From Nageia nagi (lineage: Eukaryota; Plantae; Pinophyta): a DNA stretch of 64,000 bases. The translations under genes were made by a program, and so were the position numbers. The notes under the pieces were generated by a model. That model made no database searches, was not told the origin of the DNA, and saw only the letters and a list, made by a program, of their open reading frames with translations. The DNA is taken from positions 1,054,001 through 1,118,000 of the forward strand of contig JBITNC010000001.1 in assembly GCA_050084985.1 (NCBI GenBank), read 5' to 3'. This document shows positions 1 through 11,725 of the stretch, piece by piece. The number at the start of each line of letters is the position of its first letter. The stretch's first letter is position 1.

Positions 1-780
1 TTGAGTTTACCTCACACTCTTGGTGTGTTAAGAAAGGACTTGCCACCTTGATGAAAGGATCAGTAAAGGATGACCTTTATATTATGGATCAAGTACCTTC
101 AAAGATTTGTCTTGCTGCAAATGTTTGTTCAAAGGGTAGTCTTTGGCATCAACGATTAGGGCACCTTAACCACAAGAGTGTTCAAGATATGAAAACTCAA
201 GCACTTGTGGAAGGTTTACCTAATATTTCAACCACAATTGGTCTCTGTGAAAGGTGCATTCTAGGAAAGATGAATAGGCAAAAGTTTGAAAAAGATAAGG
301 CAACTCAGGCTACTTATCCTCTTCAGCTTGTGCATTCAGATTTGATGGGTCCTTTTTAGACTGTCCCTAGGGGGAGCTTCTTATATTCTGACCTTCATTG
401 ATGACTTCAGTAGGATGACATTTGGTTATCTACTTGAGCACAAGGATCAAACTTTTGATAGGTATAGAGACTTCAAGGCACTTGTTGAAAATCAAACTAA
501 TTTTAAGATCAAGATGCTAAGATTTGATAATGGGGGTGAATATAATAGCAATGAGTTTAACGACTATTGTGTTAAACATGGGATCAAGCGATAATTCACA
601 ATCCCTTACACCCCTCAGCAAAATGGAGTTGCTGAAAGGAAGAATCGCACCATTATGGAAATGGCAAGATGCATGTTGGGTAACCTTCCTAGTTTCTTAT
701 GGGGAGAAGTCATTCACACTGCTATTCACACCCTAAATAGGTGTCCTACTAAGGCAATTGAAGGTAAAACTCCATATGAG
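1..780 (+). pseudogene. Copia A integrase remnant (frameshifts and stops; RT and RNase H absent)
   Basis: ORF 48-359 plus out-of-frame continuation; homologous to element D at about 7850-8570. Confidence 0.85.
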
Positions 781-787
781 AAATTTT

Positions 788-955
788 CGTGGTAAGCTTT
801 TCATGGTAAGTTTGCTCTACGTGAGAAACTTCTTGTACAAATTTTGAGCATAAAATTAATATACCTCCGTGGTAAGTTCACTCTACATGAGGAACTTGTT
901 GTACATTCTAGACCTTCGTGGTGAGTTTGCTCTATGTGAGAAACTCGTTGTACAA
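788..955 (+). repeat. Three copies (plus a partial) of a bulged stem-loop motif in the Copia 3' UTR
   Basis: AAGTTT-G-CTC-TACGT-GAG-AAACTT (808-831); AAGTTC-A-CTC-TACAT-GAG-GAACTT (874-897); GAGTTT-G-CTC-TATGT-GAG-AAACTC (923-946). Confidence 0.85.
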
Positions 956-1440
956 TTTTTATGCTCTATTTAAAATCAACACATGTCTATATACAATAGG
1001 TGACTATGAGTGATGGCTTGGCATCTCCGTGATGGCTTATAGTGTACCATTAATCAGTTATTTATAAGATGGCATTATTTGATTCTCTTATTTGAATATA
1101 AGATGCATCTAACTGATTTTGTTCATGAGTTGCTTGTAGCATGCAGGATCTTCTTCAGAAATGCAGGTTACTCACCTTGTGAAAGCAAGCTCATGGAGAC
1201 TCACATGTCAGCTTAAAGTTGATCGACTACTATGTACAGTGAAACCAATTGTGGTTAATGATTATATTGTAAACCATTTTTTGTCAAATGGTAATGTAGT
1301 GAATCTCATACTAGTTCTCAAAAATATTCTCAAATATGTAAATGTTCTCATCTCCACTTGTATCTCTATGGAGGAGAACTCTCTCTTACTCTCTCTCTTC
1401 TCTCTTCTATGCTCTATCCCAATATTGTATTAAGGGGCAG

Positions 1441-1923
1441 TGTTAGAATTTGTAATGAAATATTGTGAATATCTAAACTCCTTGTAAATTCAATTAATCA
1501 CTTAAGGATATGTAGATACCTTAAGAGATTAATTGAATTCTTTAATATGTAGACTTTGACTTTACCAAAGTGGTTAGTTGGTAGGTTGAAGTTATGTGAT
1601 ACATTTAATGTAACCCTAACCTTACCCTTGGGTTAAAGGAAGGTTAGGGAGGTGCTCTCAAGCTATAAATAGAGGGCCTCTCCTCTTGTAACATAACTAA
1701 GTTCTTGAAGTAAGATTACTCTACTAGTTGTGTAGGAGAGGAAGAGTATAGTTGTAAGAGGGGCATACTTGAGAATTGAGATACTAGTTGTGGATGTACT
1801 CCCAAGGAGGGAGGAACCACATTACACTTGTGTTATCTTGAGTGATTGTGTTATCTTGTGTATAATTGAGTTTCCTAGTCTTAGGTCCTAGAGGATTTGT
1901 TTAGATATAATTCAAATCCTTCA
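1441..1923 (+). repeat. 3' LTR of Copia A (483 bp)
   Basis: TGTTAG...CCTTCA termini, follows the PPT, TATAAATA at 1664-1671, related to LTRs at 6370 and 11226. Confidence 0.85.
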
Positions 1924-3105
1924 ATTTTTGCTACGGTATGGAAGGAAGTGTTATACCACCATTCTGCCAAAGATAACCACTTAACCCATTATGTTTGTTT
2001 ATCAGATACAAAACAACAAAGATATCCTTCCAAACATTTGTTCACTATCTCAATTTGCCCATTAGATTGAGGATGATAAGATGAGCTATGAGCTAATTGA
2101 GTACCGAGATAAGAAAATAATTCTATCCAAAAATTCCCAGTGAAAATGGGATCTCTGTCACTTACAATAATCTTTGGGTTTCCATGTAATTTTTGAACTA
2201 TCTCCATGAATGCAGTAGCGACTGTACTAGCTTTGAAGGGATGGGATAGTGCACAAAAGTGTGCATACTTGGTAAGTTTATCAACAACCACCATGATGAC
2301 ACTCTTTCTTTTGGACTTGGGTAGACCCGTGATAAAATCCATTGAAACTTCCTCCCAACATTGACTTGGAATGGGTAATGGTTGTAAAAGACCTAGTGTA
2401 GCTAATATAGGAGCTTTGCACATTGCTTCTTTAAGATATTCAAAGGCCTTAGTTGCTTATAGAGTCCAAGAAAATGCATCTTTCTTTAGTAATGTTGTTA
2501 GAGGTGCAGCGATTCGCCCATAATTCTTAACAAACTTGCAATAATACCCTGTTAACCCCAAAAATCCTTTAAGGTGCCTTACGGTTGTGGGAAGTCTTCA
2601 TTCCTTGATGGCTTTAATTTTGTTAGGGTCTAGCTTAAATGTTTGGACATCTAGTGAGCATAATTGTACAATTACACCTCTTCTTTGCTTCCTCAAAAGT
2701 TTTGTCATGCCATTAGAGCTGATTATCTTACAATCTTTCACTTCGATACCCCTTAATTCAAACTCTTTTCCTTCCCAGGAAAATTTCATGAAAAGTTTTT
2801 TAAAATTAAAAGCCACTATTCCCAATGATTGTAACCATTGGACCCCCAAGATAATATCATTAGCACGCATTGGAATGGCAATCATTGGACTTTTCAGTAC
2901 ATATTCCCCCATGGTTAGATTGAAACTCTGGCACTAGATATACGAAGCAATTCAAATCTTTGGCTATCTTGGAATGAATAAAATTATGTGTACTACCATA
3001 GTAAATCAACACTATTACCTTTTTCTTCTTGATATATCCTTCTATCTTGAGAGTTTGAGGAGTAGTAATTATAGCCAATGCATTACAAGATATGGTGGGA
3101 GTCAT
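1924..3105 (-). pseudogene. Gypsy B pol remnant (protease, RT tail, integrase core)
   Basis: ORFs 2860-3105, 2598-2912 and 1989-2423; most of RT, and RNase H plus the integrase zinc finger, are missing. Confidence 0.85.
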
Positions 3106-3258
3106 TTCTTTAGTAGTAATCTCTTCTAATTCTTTGGGTGTGGATGATTTTTCTTCTTCTTCTTCTTCCTCTTCACATTATATGTAGAATAATTTATTCT
3201 CCCCACACTTATGTCCTTTACTATACTTGCTATCACAATTGAAGCATAGACCCTTTGC

Positions 3259-4314
3259 TCATCTTTCATCCATTTGTTGAGGTGTCAACCTTGTAGGTTT
3301 AGGTAAGTGAGAAGAAGGAACATTATTTTCTTTATAGGTGTTCGAGGGGAACCTTTTAGTAGCCATTGCCATATTTTTACTTTCAACCTTCCTTTCCATC
3401 CTAAAAGCCATCTCTAAGGATGTTGGTTCAAACAGACGCACCTCATGTTGAATGTTATCCTTTAAGGTTCCCATAAAGAGATCCAACAATCTATCACTTG
3501 GTATGTCATTCACTCTAAGACTCAACTTTTGAAATTGTTGAATGTGCTCCATCACTAAACCTTTTTGCCTTAGATTTGTTAATTGAGTACAGAAGGAATT
3601 ATTCTTAAAATCCTCATGGTAGGTTATCAGTTCCTCTATAAAAATGGACCAAGATATAATAGAACCCTTTTTATGTTCATAAAGCCATTGGTACCATACA
3701 ACCTGCTTAGGCTCTAGATACAAGGATGCAATAGTTACTTTTTGTGATGTTGGTACTTGGTGTAGATCAAAAAAGTGCTCTATTTGAAATATCCAAGTGA
3801 TGGGGTCCTTTCCATCAAACTTCCTCATGTCGATCTTGGGGATTTGGATTCCCCTTGAGAACCATGCTTGATTACTTCCATTAGTAGAAGCATATCCTCC
3901 TGAATTAGGCTTATTAATGAAGGGTTTATCTCCTTGACCAATATCATTATTTTTCTGATAACCCTGGGCCATATCAACATCTTTAGGAATCTTTCCCTTT
4001 GGGTTTTGTATGAGTTGAAAAATCTTTTCCATATTTTGATCCATATTAGTTGCCAACTCTTCCCTCAAACTGATTAAATCAATTGATCTTACCATCCCTT
4101 TTGTCAAATCCCTTTTTAATTCCTCCAAATCACCCTTTTTTACACACCCTTTAACCAATTCTTCCAATTGGGATATTCGAAAGGATATGTATTCACTTTC
4201 TGCTATAGTCATGGATGAACCCTTTGGAGGTCTAGTTGGTGTAGCAATTTTTTTTCGATAGCATTTTGAATAAGTATTACTGTGGATTAGGAATTTCCCA
4301 AATGGTTTAGTCAA
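3259..4314 (-). pseudogene. Gypsy B gag (Retrotrans_gag)
   Basis: 351-aa ORF with IPKIDMRKFDGKDPITWIFQIEHFFD and LRQKG..EHIQQFQKL; degenerate CFNCD knuckle follows the stop. Confidence 0.85.
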
Positions 4315-5538
4315 AGGTCCTCATAGGAGTGTCCAATTCTCACAAACCATGATATACCATAGGGTCCAACAATAGTACTCAGCCTAATATTTCAAAGCAC
4401 CAACCAAAGAGGATAGACCTTACCCTTGGCCGTACTACCTAACTACCTTTTGGTATGTGTGGGCAATCTCCCCAAGTGTTGTTCTCAGTGTATTGCAAAA
4501 AAAGGATGGTCAAAAGGTTAACTTAGTTGGTTTCGGGATTCTAGGGGGTCTCCCTATATACGCAAGGTACGTGGGAGCTCAAATCTGTGATAGTGTTGTC
4601 TAATGCACAACCGTTCGAAAAGGGCCCTTGCTAATATACTTGCAGTATGTGAGGGAATCCTAAAGGACCTCTCTATATACCATGTATGTGCATAAGAATG
4701 ATGGCCTCTCTATATACTCAAAGGTATGTGAGAGAATCCAATAGTGGCCTAAGCGATATACTACGAGTACGTTGTAGGAGACCATAATTCCCCGGGATGT
4801 AGTGCTGGCAAAGTAATGATAGCTCCTATGTTTAAAGACACTAGAACATGTCTATACCTACAACACTCTCCTCTTTATCCTCTTTCTAACAGCTTTTGAA
4901 TCACCCCAAATAGACCTTCCAATCAAAATATATGCAAATTTTAAAAAATTGTACCTTTTTAAACCGTGATTTGGAGACTGTTCTATTGTCCGACCTTCCA
5001 ACTAATGTAAATCTAAAATTTTGGCCTTTTAGAGTCTGAAATTTCTACCTATGGTAGCCTCAGATGTCTTATTTTCAATTCCATAGGTTTAGTCAAATTT
5101 TTATATTCCAAAAGGAAATGGCTGCAACTTTCCCAAAATGTGTTGATTTTTAGATTTTTTAGAAGAGAGAACTTGTACGAAGTGCCATGTATCACCTATT
5201 TATTCCTAGACCTTGAAAATTGTACCAAATAAACTTCAATCCATACCCTAACCAATACAATAGGTTTCACATAGTTTGGATCTATAAAACTTCAGATATA
5301 CACTTTTTAGCTGGAATACCTATTTCAGACCTGCTTTTGAGACTAGTCACAAACTTTAACTTCCCCTGAGTGTAACTTGCAAAATATAGAGAATTAGGAG
5401 CTAAAATTTGAATTAAAACTTTTTCAGTGTGTCTTATAAAAACCCAATAAAGTTTGGAATCTAAAACCTTGCAAAACAAAATTGGGAGCAAAAATTCCAC
5501 GATGACTAGTTTTGAGTCGTGAAACCATAGAATCGTCT

Positions 5539-5550
5539 GCTCTGACACCA
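5539..5550 (-). promoter_or_regulatory. Primer-binding site (tRNA-iMet) of Gypsy B
   Basis: TGGTGTCAGAGC on the - strand, 2 nt after the LTR end. Confidence 0.85.
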
Positions 5551-5552
5551 AA

Positions 5553-5892
5553 TGTTATGAACAAAGTTCCCAAAATAGCATAAAATCATGAGAGAAAGAG
5601 CTCAAATCCTTGAATAAGAGATAAAATCTATAATAAGATACTTCAAGGGGGAAACCTCCTTTACATCACATCAAATACACAACAATAGACAATACAAATG
5701 ATAATACCTCCTTAGTATATATAGGAGTCCAAGGGGTGCCACTACAATGAAAGGACACTAGCTAACATAACAATAATAATGTCTAGCTGACATAACAATA
5801 ATAATGTAAGGGAATACCAATAACCATAGTGGGCTTCTATGGGACACATAATAACAATATATGGGCTACATGAGTAGTATAGGGACCTAACA
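5553..5892 (-). repeat. 5' LTR of Gypsy B (340 bp), with an internal 25-bp tandem duplication at about 5758-5807
   Basis: TG..CA termini, adjacent PBS, sharp switch to Copia 3'-UTR sequence at 5893. Confidence 0.8.
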
Positions 5893-6868
5893 GGAACTCA
5901 TATGTGCATGCTCTATTTTGTAATGATAATCAACACATATTTTATATACAAGTGCCTATGATTTTTTAGCATAGCATCTTTATGATGACTTATAGTGCAC
6001 CATTGATTAGTTCATGATAGCATTTATGTGATTCATCTATCCTTGATGAGATGAATATATTGCATCTAATTGATCATATTATTTGAATTACTTATGACTT
6101 GTAGGTTATTTTGAGATTATAGGTTACTTACCTCAAATATGAAGGCTCTTGGAGACTCTTCATGACTTCTAGTTGGATGACTACTTCATGTACATTGAAA
6201 CTAGTTATCGTTAATGATTGTATTTGGTAAAGTAATGAGTTTCAAACTAAATCTTTCTTACTTCATAAATATATAAAAAGTTACCATCTTTATTATATCC
6301 ATTTGGAGGAGAACTCTCTTATTTTCTTCTCTCTTATTCGTTCTATCCCAATATTGCATTAAGGGGGAGTGTTAGAATGTATAATGCATTATTTTAAAGG
6401 TTATGTAATAATATTCTATGTAAATTCACTAATACTTAAAGGTAGCATTTGATACCTTAAGTATTTCAGTGAATATGATAATGTAACTTGTCCTGCACTC
6501 CATGTCATGAGCATGCCCCTTGGGTAAAATGATGTGCATGTCATGCTTTTGTACATTGGATAAAAGGGTGATCTAAGGAGTGATTTTGGATTATAAATAT
6601 AAGTATCCCTCTTTGTGATTACACATCAATTTGTGAAGTAAAATTATGCTAGTGGAGAGTGTTTAGGAGTTGAGGTTAGAAAGTTTGTAAGAGTTCATAT
6701 TTGTTAAGAAAAGAGATCTAGTTAGTGGATGTACTCCTAGTTGGCAAAACCACTTACATCTTGTGTTATTTTTGTGAGATTACTTTGTGAGTTTGTTAGA
6801 TGTGTATTATAAGCTTTCATATGATCTTGGAGTTTATATTTACATCTATTATAGTTCAATTCTCTTAA
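5893..6868 (+). mobile_element. Copia element C: 3' UTR, PPT (6361-6369) and 3' LTR (6370-6868)
   Basis: 5893-6360 aligns with 10721-11215. AAGGGGGAG is followed by TGTTAGAATG. The 499-bp LTR is homologous to 11226-11725 and abuts mid-gag sequence with no PBS. Confidence 0.8.
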
Positions 6869-9800
6869 GTTTACCATTCTTCAAAAGTTGCTTCAATCAC
6901 GTCAAGGGGAAGATGAAAATGTGGTTATCTACTTGAACAAAATCATTAACTTAAGGACCCAACTTGTTACTTGTAGGTGCAATTGGATTAATGATGAGTT
7001 TATGGTCTTCATCATTCTTCAAAGCATTTTTTAAAAGTTTGAAAACTTTATAATGGTTACGGAAATAAGGCTTGATGATGAAGAAGAAGTCTTCTCCTTT
7101 GAAAACCTTTTTAGACTCTTTTTGAAGTATGATGAAATCCTTAACAAAAAGACATTGATTTCTTCTCCTAAATATAATAACATTACTCTTGGAGCAACCA
7201 AAACTCTTTTCAAGAAGAAGTTCAACTATTAAAATAAATCTTATCCTACTTCTTTCAAAAGGTTTGAAAAAAGAGGCAATGGCAATAACAATAGTAGGAA
7301 CAATGGCAATAATGGCAACAACAGGAACAACAACAATAGTAGCAGGAACAATTGCAACAACAACTATTTCAAGCAAAGAGATGGAAAAAGTAAAATAAAT
7401 AATCCATATCTTAAAAAAAAATTTGATAGTAATTGTAACTATTATGGCATCCAAGGTCATAAAAAAGTAGATTACTACAAAAAGAAAAAATAGAAAAAGA
7501 ACAAAGGTAATGGAAATGTAAAAAAAATCAAAGGAAAGAAGAATATTTAAGTTTATTTTAATGTGATGCTCTACTCCATTTCTCACTCTTTTTTGTCTAA
7601 TTAGATTGTTGACTTTGGTTGCACTAATCACCTATGCTTTGAAAAAGAAAAATTTGAGAAATTTCACAAGTATAAAAAAGATGCAATTGTGATAAGTGAT
7701 AACTCTACTCTTGAATTCCAAGGCATTGGAAGTGTGTTAATTCATAGTAAGGTTCTTAAAAATGTACTCTATGTTCTTAAGCTTATGATGAACCTTTTCT
7801 CTATGATCCAAGTTGCTAGAAAATGGTTCTCTTTTAAGTTTGACTCTCAATCCTAGTGTATGAAGAAAGGACTTACAACATTAGTTAAAGGGTCAATAAA
7901 AGATTATCTCTATGTTATAGATCAAGTTCTAAAAAAGATGTGTCTTGCTACAAATGTATTTTCTAGTGGTAATCTTTGGCACCAACATTTAGGGCACCTT
8001 AACCATAAGAGTATTCAAGTCATGAAAGACCAAGAACTTGTGGAAGGTTTGCTTTTAATTTCTTCTTCAGTTGGTCTAAAAGATAAGGCAATGAAAGCAT
8101 CTAAATCTCTTCAACTTGTGCATTCAGATTTGATGGATCTATTTAAAACTAAGTCACTTGGAGGAGCATCTTATGTCTTGATCTTCATTGATAATTTTAG
8201 TAGAATGACCTTAGGGTATCTATTTGAGCACAAGGATCAAACCTTTGTGAGTTTTAATATTTATAAGACCTTTATTAAGAATCAAACTAACCTTAAAATC
8301 AAGATGTTGAGATCAAATAATGGAAGAGAATATACAACAATGAGTTTAATGACTATTGTGCTAAGTATGGAATCAAGAGGTAGTTTACAATTCCATACAC
8401 TCCTCAACAGAATGATGTTGTTGAAAGAAAAAATAGGATAATTATGGAGATGGATAGATGCATACTAGGTAATCTTCCTAGTTTCTTGTGGGGTGAATAT
8501 GAGCACTACTATTTACACCTTGAATAGGTGTGCCATAAAAGCTATTCAATATAAAACTCCTTTTGAGGCATGGTTAGGAAGAAAACCTAATATTTCACAC
8601 CTTAGGGTATTTGGTTGTGTAGCATTCTCCTACATTATTTTTGAGAAAAAGAAGAAGTTAGATAAAAGAGCTAAAAAATGCATCTTTATGGGTTATGATA
8701 GTTAGCATAGAGGCTACAAGCTCTACTCTCCATCCTATAAAGTCATGTTTGTTTCAAGGGATGTAAAGTTTAATGAACTTCCTGAAGAATTTGCTTCTAA
8801 TGAGGATGTTGATGATCCAAATAACTCTTTAGTTGCATCTAGCTGGTTAGATATTGATGTAAATAAGTCACCTTAGGAACAAAATTCTTCAAAATAAAGG
8901 GTAACATGACCTTGAACAAATCTTTATTTGCCAAGATTGACAAAAAGCATGAGCCCTCAACCTTCAAAGAAACTTCTAAGCATGAGTGTTAGATGAAAGC
9001 CATGAAAGTGGAGTATGAGGTGCTTATAAAAAATGAAACTTGAGATTTGGTTTCCTATCTTAATGAGAAGAATGTGATTGTTAATAAATGGATCTATAAA
9101 GTCAAGTTCAATTATGTTGAAGATATTAAGAAATAAAAGGTAAGGTTAGTAGCCAAATGTTTTGCTTAAAAATACAATGTAGATTATGAGAAACCTTTGC
9201 TCTCGTGTTAAAGATGCCTACTATTAGAATTATCATTGCTCTTTTTGTAGCTCAAAGATGGAAAGTTTTTCAACTTGACATCAAGAGTGCATTTTTCAAT
9301 GGTGATTTAGATGTAGAAATCTTCATGAATCAACTAGAAGGGTTTATTATGGAAGGTAAAGAATCCTTTGTATGCAAGCTAAAGAAGTCATTATATGGAC
9401 TTAAGTAAGCACCTAAAGCCTAGTACAAGAATATTTTAAGATATTTTACGAACATTGGTTTATCCAAGTGCTTTTTAGACTTTGATTTATATGTGCTCAC
9501 TTAAAGAAAAGATGTGGTCTCGATTCTTCTTTATGTGGATGATCTCTTGATTATTAAAAATAATGATGAAGTCATTCAAGAGTGCATATCCAAACTTAAG
9601 GCAACATTTGAAATGATTGATCTTGATCTCTTGCACTACTATCTTGAAATGCAAGTGTATTAGTACAAAGATTATACTTATCTCAATTAATCAAGTATAT
9701 ATCAAACATCTTGTAAAAGTTTGGAATGGAGTGTAGATATGCTATGATCCTAGTTTCTCTTAGAATCACTATTTCTCTAAGCTCTAACTTTCAGTTAGTT

Positions 9801-11725
9801 GATGCTATAGCTTACAGGCAATTAATTGGTAGTCTTTTGTATTTAACTATTTCCAGGCTAGATATTACCTTTGTAATGAATTTGATGGCTCGATTCATGC
9901 AGAAACCATATGTTGAGTAGATCAATGTTATTAAAAAAATCTTGAGGTATGTTTCAGGAACTAAGGATCTTGCTCTTAAGTATTCTAAGTTACCCTCATT
10001 TGTTCTCTTTGGATTCTTAGATTCTGATTATCAAAGAGATAAAGATGATAAGAAATCAACCTTTATGTATGTATTTAGCATTGGTTCAAGTGATATCTCT
10101 TGGGCTTCTAAGAAGGAGCCTACTATTTCTCTTTCCACCATAGAAGTTGAATATCATACCATGTTTGTTGCAGCCCAAGAAGCTATTTGGCTAAGGCATC
10201 TTATGAAAAAAATTAGATGTAAGCAAGGTGGCTTATCTTTAATTTCTTCAAATAATCAATTAGTTATTTCTTTGGCTAAGAATCATGTGTTCCATAGAGA
10301 ATAAAACATGTGGAAATCCATGCCCATTTTATCAAGGAGAAGGTTCTTGATGGCATCATACACCTAAAGTATTTTCCATCCACCTTGAACTCTACTGATT
10401 TATTCACCAAGCCCTTCCCAAAAGCTTAGTTTTGTAAGCTTAGAGATGCTATCAGGTTGGTGAAGTTACCCTCAAGGGGGAGTGAAGTTTGAATTCTTAT
10501 GTTGAATTCATATTTGTGTTGATAACTTCACCTCTAAGAGGATTTTGTGTTGTATAGTGTTGATTTTGTTGTACACCTTTGTGGTAAGTTCACTCTACAT
10601 AAGGAACTTGTTGTAGAAATTTTTTAAAGTAAAAAGATTGGCCAATCTAGTATTGTTCAATTATCTATGTGTGAAAAACTCTTATGTATCTTTTAGCACT
10701 ATTTAGTTATCCATATGTGAGGAACTCATATGTGCATGCTTTATTTTGTAATAATAATCAACACATATTTTATATAAAGTAGGTGACTATGAGTTTTTGA
10801 CTTGGCATCTTTGTGATGATTTATAATGCACCATTAATTAGTTCATGATGGCATTGTGTGATTCATCTATCCTTGTTGATATGAATATGTTGCATTTAAC
10901 TAATCTTATTATTTGAGTTGCTTATGACCTATAAGTTCCTTTGATATTGAAGGTTACTTACTTCAGGTGTGTAGGCTCATGGAGACTCATCATGAATTTC
11001 ATTTAGATGACTACTTTATGTACATTGAAATCGATTATGATTAATGATTGTATTGATAACCATTTGTTAAAATGGTAAAGTAGTGAGTCTCAAACTAGAT
11101 CTTTCTTACTTAACAAATATGTAAAAAAAATTCATCTCCATTGTATCTATTTGGAGGAGAACTCTCTAACTCTCTCTTCTTCTTCTCTCTTATTTGCTCT
11201 ATCCCAATATTACATTAAAGAGGAGTGTTGGAATGTATAATGCATTATTGTAAAAGTTTTGTAATAATCCTCTTTGTAAATTCGCTAATACTTAAGGGTA
11301 TCATTAGATACCTTAAGTATTTAAGTGAATATGATAATTTAACTTATCCTACACTCCATGTCATGAGCATGCCCCTTGGGTAAAAGGATGTGCATATCAT
11401 GCTTTTGTACATTGGATAAAAGGGTGATCCAAAAAGGGATTTTGGCCTATAAATAGAAGGCTCCTTCTTTTTGATCGCACACCAATTTGTGAAGTAAAGT
11501 TATACTATAGGATAGCATTTAGGAGATGACATTAGGAGAATTGTAAGAGATTCATATATGTGAATGAAGTAAGATCTAGTTAGTGGACGTACTTCTAGTT
11601 GGAGGAACCATTTTATTTCTTGTGTCCACCTTTGTGAGATTGTCTTATTGAATTATCTTAATGTTTGAGTGAGCTTCTATGAGATCTTGGTAATTAGGAA
11701 TTAAGTGTTAGTGTTATTTCCTTCA
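6869..11725 (+). mobile_element. Copia element D (degenerate gag-PR-IN-RT-RH, 3' UTR, 3' LTR 11226-11725); 5' end upstream of window
   Basis: UBN2-type gag (FTILQKLLQ), zinc knuckle ~7434, protease (IVDFGCTNHL), integrase, RT (QLDIKSAFFNG, LYVDDLL), RNase H (DSDY..DDKKST, SWASKKE), PPT 11217-11225, 500-bp LTR. Confidence 0.9.

Larger units (their letters stand above)
1..1923 (+). mobile_element. Ty1/Copia element A, 3' part, internally deleted (5' end upstream of window)
   Basis: GAG-pre-integrase (LWHQRLGHLN..CERC) and integrase core (LVHSDLMGP, PYTPQQNGVAERKN) at 1-780 jump straight into 3'-UTR sequence homologous to 10570-11215. PPT TAAGGGGCAG at 1431-1440, then LTR. Confidence 0.9.
1924..5892 (-). 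mobile_element. Ty3/Gypsy element B, 5' part, with internal deletions; interrupted in the integrase by Copia A
   Basis: 5' LTR 5553-5892 (TGTTAG..TAACA), PBS-Met 5539-5550, gag, protease, RT tail ([19 protein letters not shown]), integrase (SMDFITGLPKS, HPQSNGQ, LAEWWYNTSFH) cut at 1924. Confidence 0.9.

Noticed and set aside
6951-7631. 226-aa hydrophobic ORF on the - strand resembling a membrane protein
   Set aside because: It is the antisense shadow of the A-rich Copia D gag and its Asn repeat.
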